DNA of 54,502 nucleotides, counting the filler, from Catajapyx aquilonaris (lineage: Eukaryota): assembly GCA_000934665.2 (NCBI GenBank). It is 3 parts of 3 records of this genome, joined end to end, with 100 filler letters (N's around TTAATTAATTAA, not from the genome) between each part and the next. Parts side by side here need not be neighbours in the genome. Positions count along the whole stretch, not along the records: positions 1 to 18,104 come from KZ539591.1; 2 more parts are not named here. One strand, written 5' to 3'. The position numbers were made by a program, and so were the translations under genes. How positions within the stretch are numbered: the first letter of the stretch is position 1; the number at the start of each line of letters is the position of its first letter. Shown one piece after another: positions 1 through 9,502 of this stretch. The notes below the pieces were generated by a model that was not told the origin of the DNA, ran no database searches, and worked only from the letters and a program-made list of their open reading frames with translations.

Positions 1-347
1 GGATATGATTTCGTAACGACCTCTTTCAGCCGGAAAACAAAAGCATCCCAGGTTTCACCCGGTTTGACCTTCAGGAGTGTTACCTCACTTTGTCTGAGCA
101 CTTTTGGTGCGATAGGCTCCATACTGGTTGCGAGAGTCGTACAAACAGTGTCGAAATCGACTTTTTGCGCAGGCGTCAGTTGACGGAACGCCTGGTAAGC
201 GCTACCTTCCAGAAACAACGGAAGGAGGGACAACTTCTTCGCCTCGTCCCATACGAGAGCACTGCTATACAACCCGTACAGTTCAACCCACTCAGTGAAT
301 GGAGTAGAACCATCGAACTTGGCAATTGGAGGGACTCCAGAAGCCAT
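1..347 (-). CDS. gag: Gag (capsid) N-terminal part of Ty3/Gypsy-like LTR element 1, running off the window edge
   Basis: Manual translation from ATG at 347: MASGVPPIAKFDGSTPFTEWVELYGLYSSALVWDEAKKLSLLPLFLEGSAYQAFRQL...KVKPGETWDAFVFRLKEVVTKSY, open to base 1. Matches the retrotransposon gag pattern (F-DG...W...W.D..K...L...L.G.A and an MHR-like PGE...F..RL). Absent from the ORF track because it has no stop inside the window. Confidence 0.85.
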   Translation of the reverse strand, partial: MASGVPPIAKFDGSTPFTEWVELYGLYSSALVWDEAKKLSLLPLFLEGSAYQAFRQLTPAQKVDFDTVCTTLATSMEPIAPKVLRQSEVTLLKVKPGETWDAFVFRLKEVVTKSY

Positions 348-679
348 ATCGAACCGACAAAGTGGACTTACTTCCCAAGGACGGCGAAATGCCGGAGGCA
401 GACAAGGCGGGCGTCACACGTCTCACCCGGAGGGAAACGCACACCGGACCTTTGAATGTATACCACCACACTTTAGTGTACTCGCGTACGAGCACACGTA
501 CCAACACACATAAACCACACTCGTAAATACACTTCGTACACGTAACCAAAGTGCACGTAAACGTAAGAACTCAAATAACCGTATACGTAGCACCACAGTG
601 TTCGTATACACAACAACCAACCACATTAAATACACTTGGGAGAAATAGGGTATTCGTAACAGAACTGCTTACACACCGT

Positions 680-697
680 ATCCCACTTCTGACACCA
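680..697 (-). promoter_or_regulatory. Primer-binding site complementary to tRNA-Leu 3' end (element 1)
   Basis: Minus strand reads TGGTGTCAGAAGTGGGAT, 3 nt from the LTR end; complementary to tRNA-Leu ...ATCCCACTTCTGACACCA. Confidence 0.85.
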
Positions 698-700
698 CTT

Positions 701-1081
701 TGTGACAGGATGGACACAAAGACAATATGGATCTGGTGAAACAGCAGTTTATTTCTGTACGATTCGGTAGGTCACCGGTACTCAGGATATCAAGGTGGTG
801 AGGGTAAGAGGGGAAAAAAGGTAGGGTGGCTAGCTTCAGAGAAGACTAGCCGTGACCAATCCAGGATATGCTCCATAGATCAGGTCGTGACCAATAGCTA
901 GGATATTCTCCCGACCAACTGGCCTCGAGCTGAAGGCGGCTCCGGTTTATAAAGGGTCAGGCGCGCAAAGCGAGATGGGAATGGAGACTTCGCTTAGTCA
1001 CGTGACAACGAGATAAGGGTGGCGGCAGAACAATACAAGATAGTGGTGGCGGTGATATGGGCCAGATAAAAAACTGTCACA
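701..1081 (-). mobile_element. 5' LTR (381 bp) of Gypsy-like element 1
   Basis: Bounded by an 8-bp inverted repeat TGTGACAG (701)...CTGTCACA (1081). Minus-strand TATAAA near 945-950 and AATAAA at 748-753. Followed by the PBS and gag. Confidence 0.85.
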
Positions 1082-2110
1082 AGATGTTATTGTGGAGAGA
1101 ATTATTGATCACAGCAAAAAATATTGGCTCAATACGGCGTATTGGTTCCTTTTAAGTAATGGTAAATTGAATATGACGTCAACGTTGGAGATCTTGATTA
1201 AGAAAAATATCAGGTAATATGGCGGTGCAGATTAATGACCCTCTCTTTCATAGTGTAATCTTTATTTCAAAAAGTCCCCAAAAGTCCCCAGAAATTTTTG
1301 TGTCACAAGGGTGAGAAAACCTTGGGGAAGTGGGTCCAACAGTTTTCCTTTGCTCCAAATTGCTCCTTTTTGAGATATCGCACCATTAACACGTCCGTGC
1401 GAAATGCGCCAGTGGGCTGGGGACGAGGCACTCCCGGGCTCTGGACTTTGGTAGGTTGTGTGTGAGTGCAGTATGAGGCTAGACGTTGGTTGAAAATATT
1501 CCTCAGACAACAGCCACAGGTTAGTGTTCGCAAAATGTGCGTGCATGCAGTTATACAGGGTGTCCCAATATGAATGCGCATCTGAAATGACTTTAGGACC
1601 CTCAAAACCAGCTGATATCGATATTTCTGAGAAAATACTGCTGAGTGCTCTGGTTACCTGGTGTTGGAGAGGAGTAGGTCTACATAGTATTTACTTAGGG
1701 TTATGATGAAAAAAGGCATATTCACACGGTGAATTCGGCGGAAGTATGACGTTACATACAGCTAAGCCAGAAACATTGCATAAATTCCAGCAGAACAGAG
1801 ATAGGCGGCAGGGTGAGAGGGGTACTTGGCATGATTTGGTTTCAACTATATAGCCTACGCTACATGCCTTATAAATTATTCTCAACAATGCGTTATTATG
1901 TGCAAAACTTAGCGATTCAATGTGGAACTGGAATGCTTCAAGTGTTAACCAACTGCACAGAGAAAGTTATTGAGTTGCCCATTTAAGCCTGACTTATTGA
2001 TTATAGTGACACTGACGCACTGTAAACGACCGCCATATTGCAATTTATTATTACGCGCCATTTTAAATATAGAGTAGGCTCCCCAAGAGTATAATTTGGT
2101 ATTAGTTATT

Positions 2111-2321
2111 GGGCAATTCCATGGCGCAGCCGTCCGTACGTAACGCAAGTGTTGCCTACGTGCACAAGAGTATTTTATTATAACAATGCCAGGATGCATG
2201 CACTGCATGCTTAATCCATTTCATGTAATGTGTGGGTATTGTTGCAATAAAATACGCTAGTACATGTCTGCAAAACCTGCGTTACGTACGGACAATATGG
2301 CCGCCTTTCGTGGAATTGCCC
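2111..2321. mobile_element. Small MITE (211 bp)
   Basis: Terminal IR GGGCAATTCCA...TGGAATTGCCC plus internal IR GTCCGTACGTAACGCA/TGCGTTACGTACGGAC; AT-rich flanks; superfamily unclear. Confidence 0.65.
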
Positions 2322-2649
2322 TATTATAGGCCTACCTAATGAGTTGGTTTTCACTACCTTAATCTCTCCTACTCCCGTGTATTCTATACTTATGTACTTC
2401 CGATCGACGCCATTTTGAATGGGTTTAGTTTATGTCATATCAAGTAGAGTACATATTTGTAAGGCTGAGAATTGTACACTAAGCTATGAAAGAGCGAACT
2501 TTTTTGACTTGAAATATGAGCCTGGGCTCTCTACACTTATGCACTTTTACCGTCTCCATTTTATTTCTATACTGAAATTTATAGGCTCCCAATATTTACA
2601 CGGTCAACATGGCCATGTTGTGAAATTTTCGTGCTTGTATCGCAATAGG

Positions 2650-3213
2650 AACGGCAAGGGGAGTTTTGGACAAGTAACCTCGCGCCCTGGCCTACTGTGC
2701 GGCGGTGTCGACGAATCGCCACGTCCACGGTCACCTGGCCAGGCTTATATCCGGGCATGGACCTTATCGGAGCTACCTTCATCGCTTCCATTTAGGAGGA
2801 GATCATGTGGGGGGTGCATCAGAAGACAACGGAGATGGTGGGGACCACATAATTGATGATAACCAGAATGATTCTGATGATGCGCGGTGCCAGTGTGGAG
2901 ACGGAGTTCAGACTGCAGCTCATATCATCTGGAGCTGCAATATCCCAGAAATAGCACCTGCCCGGGGAGAGCTTCGCCGGACATCTGTTTCTAGAGGATT
3001 ATGATGGCCCTGTTCGAAGAGGGCTCTGGTGGAAGATTTGCTGCCTGAGTTCAATCGTTTTCTGTCTTGCAGTGGACCGAAAGTTGTCACACCTCAATGC
3101 AGGAAGAGGCTGGAGTAAGCTACGTGAGGTGCCGTCTGATGCCAACCCAAAGAAGTAGAGGAAGAAGAAGAAGAGAAGGCTATACGGGGTAGACCGGATC
3201 TAATCCAGAGAAG
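2650..3213 (+). mobile_element. 3' fragment of a non-LTR retrotransposon (R1-like) ORF2 with C-terminal CCHC zinc knuckle
   Basis: ORF 2705-3004 contains LARLISGHGPYRSYLHRF...CQCG...QTAAHIIWSC, the GHG..YL.RF/C-x-C..H..C signature at the end of R1-group ORF2. Boundaries approximate. Confidence 0.7.
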
Positions 3214-4014
3214 TGTAAGGTTTAAAAATCTCCCCCCCCCACCCCCCCATTCCTCTCTGTTGTAAATTGCCATGTGTTGTAAATTGCCATGTTCAAATCT
3301 CCCACCATATTTTATTACGTCACTCTCCATCTTAACCCCCACATCACAATCTCCCCCTTGTTTAACCCCCCATACGTCACAACCCCCCTTGCGCATGCGC
3401 CTTGTCTAGCCACTCCCCCTATGTCAACCCCCACCCCCTCTTTGCGCATGCCCCGCTTTGTCACTCCCCTCCCCCTTCTGATGTTGTACAGCGCATGCGC
3501 TAATTTCTGTATAAATAAACGGCCCGGAGCAAACAGACTAACAGAGTCAGACGGGTTTGGGGCTTCCACTGGGAAGCAACCGGCCTGCCTCTACCTGATC
3601 CGGGTATGAGAGGATACCCCCGTGCATTCATTATTGCAGGGGAAGAACCCCATTTTAGCCGGTAACCCCTGCCACTCCTTCCAGCCTAGGTGAACCGCCC
3701 CTGCTGGATCCAGCCAGCTTGCCACCACTATTGAAGCCAGGCATCTGTTAACTAAACAAAGCTTGCCACGGTACCTGTGGACTTATGCCCAACGCACCTG
3801 CCAACGGGGCTAGCTTGCCACAGTACCTGCGGACACATGCCCGCTTGCTAAAACACCTGTAAGGAGTAAGGCCATGTTAGTTTGCCAAAAACACTAGTCT
3901 GCTTCCAAGTGTTCCCACTTTCCCCGACTGACCACGGGCGGGAACCCGAACTTGGGCAAATCTTAGTAGCGCCAGAGTCATTCACGGTCCAAAACGTAGA
4001 ACCGTCGCGTTACA
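3214..4014 (+). mobile_element. 5' LTR (~800 bp) of Gypsy-like element 2
   Basis: Ends ...GTTACA at 4014, just before the PBS. Best matching start is TGTAAG at 3214 (alternative TGTAAA at 3261). TATAAA/AATAAA at 3510-3519; internal subrepeats (TGTTGTAAATTGCCATG x2, GCGCATGC boxes). Confidence 0.7.
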
Positions 4015-4020
4015 TAAATT

Positions 4021-4033
4021 TGGTGCCGTGACC
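4021..4033 (+). promoter_or_regulatory. Primer-binding site complementary to tRNA-His 3' end (element 2)
   Basis: TGGTGCCGTGACC six nt after the LTR terminal CA; complementary to tRNA-His ...GGTCACGGCACCA. Confidence 0.8.
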
Positions 4034-4179
4034 CGTTTTTGGTCATTACCCATTATAAAAGTCAAATCGTAAACTTCACAAGAAACCAGCCAGAAAGAAG
4101 CGTTCCAGACAGAAGGATCCAGTAACTAGAGTGGAAGCCAAGAGAAGCCGTACCTGTAGTACCCGCACTTCAAGCAACA

Positions 4180-5611
4180 TTGACGACACCTGCACAAAAT
4201 CAACAAGAATGCCTAAGAAAGAAGTTAACCAACCAGTCCGACAAGAGCGGGAAAGGAGCCAATAGTACCAATAAGGGTCAGAAGCAAAATTCCGCCGAAG
4301 ACGACGAGGTCATAGATTCACAGCAAAGGAAGCTGACAAAATTGCAGCGTGCCGACAAAAATGTTGCAGTTGTCACAACTACAAACATAGCTGAACCCAC
4401 AAACACCCTCACCACTGCCATGCCTTCCCCACAACCCAGTGTTGGAAACAACCAACCTAACCTAACAGTCATTCAACTAGTCCCACCTTTCCAAGGCCTA
4501 CAAACTGAATCAATATCCCAGTTCCTAGCCAGTATCGAAGAGGCAGCCATACTCTCATCATGGAGCGACCAACAGAAGACGCTCATAACAAAGTTTCGAA
4601 TCCACGGGGAAGCCAAAACCTATATCACCGCCCTACCACAAGAAGCCACCAACACCTGGGAAGCACTCAGCAAGTCCCTTCAGGACAGATACGGACCTAA
4701 ACATACCATTTCCACCCTCATGTCGCAACTAGCTGACATACACCAAGACGACGATGAGGACGTCAGAACTTTTGCAACCCATATAAGACAGCTTGGCAAC
4801 AAAATATCGACTTCTTCAAATGTGACGGTGGACAACACGCTTCTGCAAGCACAACTTTTGGCACAGTTTTCAAAAGGGCTCCGTGGAACAATACCAGAAT
4901 GGCCGTGTCGATAAAAGGAGCATCCTCCATCGAACAGGCAGTAGAGATAGCTGCTGAGCAAGAATAAGCCGACACCCAACAGCGAAAAAAAATCGTCCGC
5001 ATCCAAGCTGAAGAAACAACCACACCAGCTTGCAACCAACTAGAGGAAATTTTTTCCAAAGTCCTCCAACTGGAAGAAAGACTGGAAAAACAACCAGACC
5101 CCCAAAACACCGATCATCAGGGAAAGCCATCACACCAAAGAAGCCCGACACCATATCACCAGCCAAGCCGTAGTCCTTCAGGAGAAAGATACTATCCTCG
5201 TGGACGCCAAGAAAGCAGAACCTACACTCCGTACCACCACCAACCAAGCCGTAGCTCATCACGGAATGGATATTACCACCAAGGAAGCCAAGAGGCAGAA
5301 ACCCAACACCATACTACCGACGCCAGAGCCGAAGTCCATCAAGGGAAATACATTTTTCATCAAATCGCCAGGACAATAGAGGCCCACCCAGATTCTCATC
5401 CGAACAACAGTATCATCAGAGGAGAGCAAATAACCCCACCAATCAACACTACAGCCCCTACAGGGAGCAGAACAATAGCAGGGCAGACAACTACAACCCA
5501 AGGAACGACGTCTGCTTTTCATGCAATAGAAGAGGACATTTGGCTAGGGATTGCCGATCCAGAACCCGAAGCTCATCGGGAAACGGATACAGGCCCTCCC
5601 CAAGAAATTAG
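4180..5611 (+). pseudogene. gag: Disrupted gag of element 2 (capsid + CCHC nucleocapsid)
   Basis: ORF 4180-4914 has VPPFQG...QFLASIEEAAILSSWSDQQK...GEAKTY...WEALSKSLQDRY...QDDDEDVRTFATHIRQL. It continues after a frameshift (~4895) and an internal TAA (~4964). A second frameshift precedes CFSCNRRGHLARDC at 5513-5554; TAG at 5609-5611. Confidence 0.8.
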
Positions 5612-5863
5612 ATGCCACCCTGCAGGAGGGCCACAATCTACAAAACAAAAACAACCCGCAAAATCACTACCAGCAGTTTGGGATCGATATAGAGTCGCAT
5701 ACGAACAAAGTAAAGACCCGGGCTGGAACGTTATCAAGCAGAAGGCAAACAACAATCATCCCAGGCAGGGGATTAATCTCGATTAATCCCCTGCTCTATT
5801 TAAAAAAAAAGCTTAGTATTTTATCAACTGCTATTCTCTCTCTTCCACTCTTATCCAAAAATA

Positions 5864-6793
5864 ATGTCACCCCCTATTATTCTCCCGCCTCCCCAACCTC
5901 TCAAGAAGAAACGAAGGGGGGGAAAGAAGACAAAGATTCTACGTCAGCGATATCTCGTCAGAGCAGGGCTGATCCAGGACCTGACCCAGGTCACTCAGCC
6001 GGGAAAAAGAGAGGCAGCTACCCAGCCACCAAAAGCCAAACCAGGTACAGAAGAAAAGGCAGCAACCAAGCCGCCAGTTATGGAAGAGGCAGCTACCCAG
6101 CCGCCAAAAGCCAAACCAGCTACAGAAGAAAAGGCAGCAACCAGGCCTCCAAGAGCGGAACCAGTTAGGAGGGAGACAGCAGCTAAGCCACCACCAAAAA
6201 GAGAAGCAACAACCAAGTCCAAAATATCAGCCATCCAAAAAAATGGCGAGAGCTATTTGGTGAAGACAAGCAACCAATCAAGGCAGCGACCAAGCCACCA
6301 CGGGAGAAGGCAGCCAACAAGAAGACAACGCCCCCCCCCCCCCCCNNNNNNGGGGGCTCTCGCCAAACACACATCCCTCATTCCCTCCACCACTTCAAAA
6401 CCAAAAATCCCACCGATCATCGACCTCACCATCCGTAAACATACAACACCGGCCCCGATGAAAGCAGCAAGGAAAACGGAACCTATCAGGACAGAAGTGG
6501 CAAAGAGGAAGATCCCAAATCCCGTATTAGACCTAATACTTCCAACCAAGGAAGACAAGAGAGCAAAAATGGAAAAGGAGAAAGAGGAAGCAAAGAAGAA
6601 ACAAGCAAAAATTGAAAAGGAGAAAAAAGAAGCAAGGAAGAGACGACATGCAGTCCCACTAGCCATAGAAGAGCCTGACTTGGACGTCATAGAATTAATG
6701 AAAGAGTTTGACACCGCCTGGCTGAACGGGGAGTTGGAGGAAGAGGAACACCTAATAGACTCAATACGGAGTGATGTTTTTTTTTTTTCCTGA
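5864..6793 (+). CDS. Lys/Pro/Ala-rich low-complexity ORF inside element 2, function unknown
   Basis: 309-codon ORF spanning a short N run, with a 75-bp tandem repeat and an acidic C-terminus; no recognisable domain. Confidence 0.35.
   Translation: MSPPIILPPPQPLKKKRRGGKKTKILRQRYLVRAGLIQDLTQVTQPGKREAATQPPKAKPGTEEKAATKPPVMEEAATQPPKAKPATEEKAATRPPRAEPVRRETAAKPPPKREATTKSKISAIQKNGESYLVKTSNQSRQRPSHHGRRQPTRRQRPPPPXXXGALAKHTSLIPSTTSKPKIPPIIDLTIRKHTTPAPMKAARKTEPIRTEVAKRKIPNPVLDLILPTKEDKRAKMEKEKEEAKKKQAKIEKEKKEARKRRHAVPLAIEEPDLDVIELMKEFDTAWLNGELEEEEHLIDSIRSDVFFFS
6011..6160 (+). repeat. 75-bp tandem repeat (2 copies) encoding EAATQPPKAKPxTEEKAATxPP
   Basis: GAGGCAGCTACCCAGCC starts at both 6011 and 6086. 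Confidence 0.85.
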
Positions 6794-7047
6794 GCGACCA
6801 GTGTCCCCNNNNNNNNNNNNNNNNNNNNNNNNNNNNNNNNNNNNNNNNNNNNNNNNNNNNNNNNNNNNNNNNNNNNNNNNNNNNNNNNNNNNNNNNNNNN
6901 NNNNNNNNNNNNNNNNNNNNNNNNNNNNNNNNNNNNNNNNNNNNNNNNNNNNNNNNNNNNNNNNNNNNNNNNNNNNNNNNNNNNNNNNNNNNNNNNNNNN
7001 NNNNNNNNNNNNNNNNAAAAATTTCACCCCCCCCCCCCCCCCCGCAG

Positions 7048-7685
7048 TACACACACTATCTGCGATTTTTATAGTTTTTGTAGAGAGCTCATAGTGCAGG
7101 ACTATCTGGATCAACAAGACGTAAGGGGACAGATAGGAGGTAACAACGTCATTGTTCAAATAGATGAAGCCAAGTTTGGCAAAAGGAAACAAAACTCTGG
7201 AAGAAAAGTGGAAGGCCACTGGGTACTGGGGATGATTGCAGAAGGGAGTGAGGACATCAGATTTGTGATTTGCCCAGAAAATTGTAGGGCTGCCAATAGT
7301 CTACAGCCCATTATTCAAGAGCACGTCGCCCAAGGGTCCATAATCCATACGGACTTCTGGCGTGGGTACCTTGGACTAGGCGGGACAGGTTATCTTCATC
7401 AGGTCAGTTTATACGTAGTCATCGAAGAATAAATACTGACCTACCATTTGTTTCATTTAGCGGGTTAATCATAGCAAGCGATTTGTCATGGATGATGGCA
7501 CACACACACAAAGAATCGAGGCTAGCTGGCGTCCTGCAAAAGATTACTTCCGCCACAGGAGGATTTCAGAGGAACACTTTGCAGACCACCTCGTGGAGTA
7601 CCAGTGGCTCCGGCAATGCAGGAAGGAACATATAGATCCCTTCAGTGCGCTTCTTGCTGCCATCCGTCGGGCATACCCAGTTTAG
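7048..7685 (+). mobile_element. Merlin-superfamily (ISXO2/IS1595-like DDE) transposase, 3' two exons (~7048-7402, 7461-7685); 5' end lost in gap
   Basis: TICDFYSFCRELI...IGGNNVIVQIDEAKFGKRK..GRKVEGHWVLG...IIHTDFWRGY...YLHQ|RVNHS...GTHTQRIEASW is the complete D-D-E core. A 58-nt GT-AG phase-0 intron (7403-7460) with branch-like TACTGAC joins the two listed ORFs in frame. AATAAA follows the stop. Confidence 0.88.
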
Positions 7686-8133
7686 GCCTCTTAAATAAAG
7701 TTCGGTTGCATTACATTGTCCAGGCCTTTTGGTACTGAAGCCTCCTCTCCTTAGGCGGCGCGGCGGGCTGTGGCACGAGAGATCGCCGGAAAGCATGCGG
7801 GGGCATGCCCGCAACCCCGTCCCGGGACGTCCCCGGCGGGGACACAGTACGTGAGGCCCTCCCGTACAGAAGTGGAAGAATCGGGTCCGGCCTTTGTGAT
7901 GGGCCTTCCCGAGCGCAATGCCCCACAAGTGGACGTATTGGCGCCAGGAAAGTACATCAAGATGAGGAACTCCGAAATGTTTGCTGCACGTAAGAGAAGG
8001 ACAGAGGAGGCTACGAGAGACACGTTTGCACAATTAGGGCTAGAGGCACAAGGCGCAACAATGGAGGAGTTGTTGGGGATGGCCACGGGCAGAGCATTAA
8101 CTTTGCAAATGGAGATGGAAGGTTTACGACGGA

Positions 8134-8352
8134 CAGCACCTGGTCGATCGCCACATTAAAGAGAAGACATGACAGCGGGTCCCCTTGGCGAATTCCACAC
8201 TTTGATCTTAGCCAAAAGGCTCTCTTAGTCTGTCTCCTACCCCAAAGACCTGTCCGGCTTGGGTGGCCCTACCAGTAGACGCAGCTACCGCCGGCATAGC
8301 TCTTGGGGTTATGGGAGACGCTCAAACCCCACCACCACGATCAGGTGGAGAT
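8134..8352 (-). mobile_element. Internally deleted RTE-clade LINE: 5'-UTR module joined to an RT fragment
   Basis: 8352-8222 reads ...GTGGTGGTGGGGTTTGAGCGTCTCCCATAACCCCAAGAGCTATGCCGGCGG...GGTAGGGCCACCCAAGCCGGACAGGTC..., resembling the conserved RTE 5' region. 8199-8134 encodes CGIRQGDPLSCLLFNVAIDQVL, an RTE-type RT motif. Confidence 0.7.
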
Positions 8353-9132
8353 ACCATCGGGGGGCTAGGGGGGAAGGGTCGCCCCACGGGGGGTCGGAAG
8401 GGTTGGGAGCGATGTGGAGGGTGGGATACAAAAATGTGCAACATAAAATAAAGGCATAAAATATAAGTCCATTGTTGAGGCACGACAATACCATAAGAGG
8501 ACTCCGTGGTATAACAACTCTACCAACGGCAACTGTGGACCGATCGACCTGGCAACCTGTCCGATGAGAAGACCGTGATCTACAAGTGACGGGACGGTGC
8601 TCCTGGATGAAGATTGCCGGACACTTTTTGTCCAGATTAAACTCTAGTGTGTGATTTTTCCCCCCAGATGAACTTGAATTTTGGTGCAGTTTAAAATAGG
8701 TTATTTTTTTCACCTTCTCGAAACTGATGTGCGTAAATGGTTAGAATTCTTGGGTCAGAATACCACACCTTTCCAGTTACTACAAATCTCGTCGAACGAC
8801 AATGTTGTACCTAACAGCTGTCGGTCGATGTGTGTCGGTTGGGCAGACGCACAACAGCACAGGACCCAACGAAATTCCTATTTTCTAGAAGGAAGCCATA
8901 AGTAGATTGGTCGCGATGTGGCCATAAAGACAAATTGTAATGTCAGGAAAAATAACATGATACGCCGAAAATCCACATGTAAGTTAAACTTGTCGGAGTG
9001 TGACGCACGATAAGAAAATCGGTACGGTACCGTACGCCAGATAAGATAAAAAAAATCACATAAGAACAACCCCTGGTTCTACGACCACGTGACGGGCACT
9101 TGTGGACCAGTGGCGGACCTTGACACCACCGT

Positions 9133-9502
9133 CAGGGCGCATATACTACAATACATAGAGGCGCAAACATTCGATTTCCGCGTCTCTCTGTTTGGGGCCG
9201 TTGCCAAGGCTGGCGGCCATTTTGAAGTGTGGGCAACGCCAACAAGGTATAAATAGGGTACAGGCAAAAATAGGGTTCGCCATCTTTGATTCGCGCGTGT
9301 TCTTGCCGTGTAGTTGTCATGGCCGCCAAAACCATCAAAGATGGGGGACCCTATTTTTGCCTGTACCCTATTTATATCTCGTTGGCGTTGCCCACACTTC
9401 AAAATGGCCGCCAGCCTTGGCAACGGCCCCAAACAGAGAGACGCGAACATCAAAGGCGCCGAGAGAAGTTTGCGCCTCTTATGTAGTAGTATATGCTCCC
9501 TG
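9133..9502. repeat. Long inverted repeat (arms ~9133-9290 and ~9334-9502, ~43-nt spacer)
   Basis: CGCGTCTCTCTGTTTGGGGCCGTTGCCAAGGCTGGCGGCCATTTTGAAGTGTGGGCAACGCCAAC and its reverse complement are both present; the ORF track shows the same peptide on both strands. Confidence 0.9.

Noticed and set aside
1556..1680. Complete MITE starting TA|CAGGGTGTCCC (and a pogo-like end at ~15025)
   Set aside because: No partner terminal repeat found; at most truncated ends.
6011..6160. CRISPR-like array in this or other direct repeats
   Set aside because: Only two or three adjacent copies with no unique spacers, no cas genes, and eukaryotic context.
7094..7685. Bacterial IS1595/ISXO2 element or contamination
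   Set aside because: It has a spliceosomal GT-AG intron and a poly(A) signal and sits among eukaryotic TEs; it is a Merlin-type transposase.
7048..8352. Novel single element combining a Merlin DDE transposase with a reverse transcriptase
   Set aside because: The RT piece is only ~22 codons, on the opposite strand and attached to an RTE 5' UTR. Independent insertion is more parsimonious unless other copies show the same linkage.
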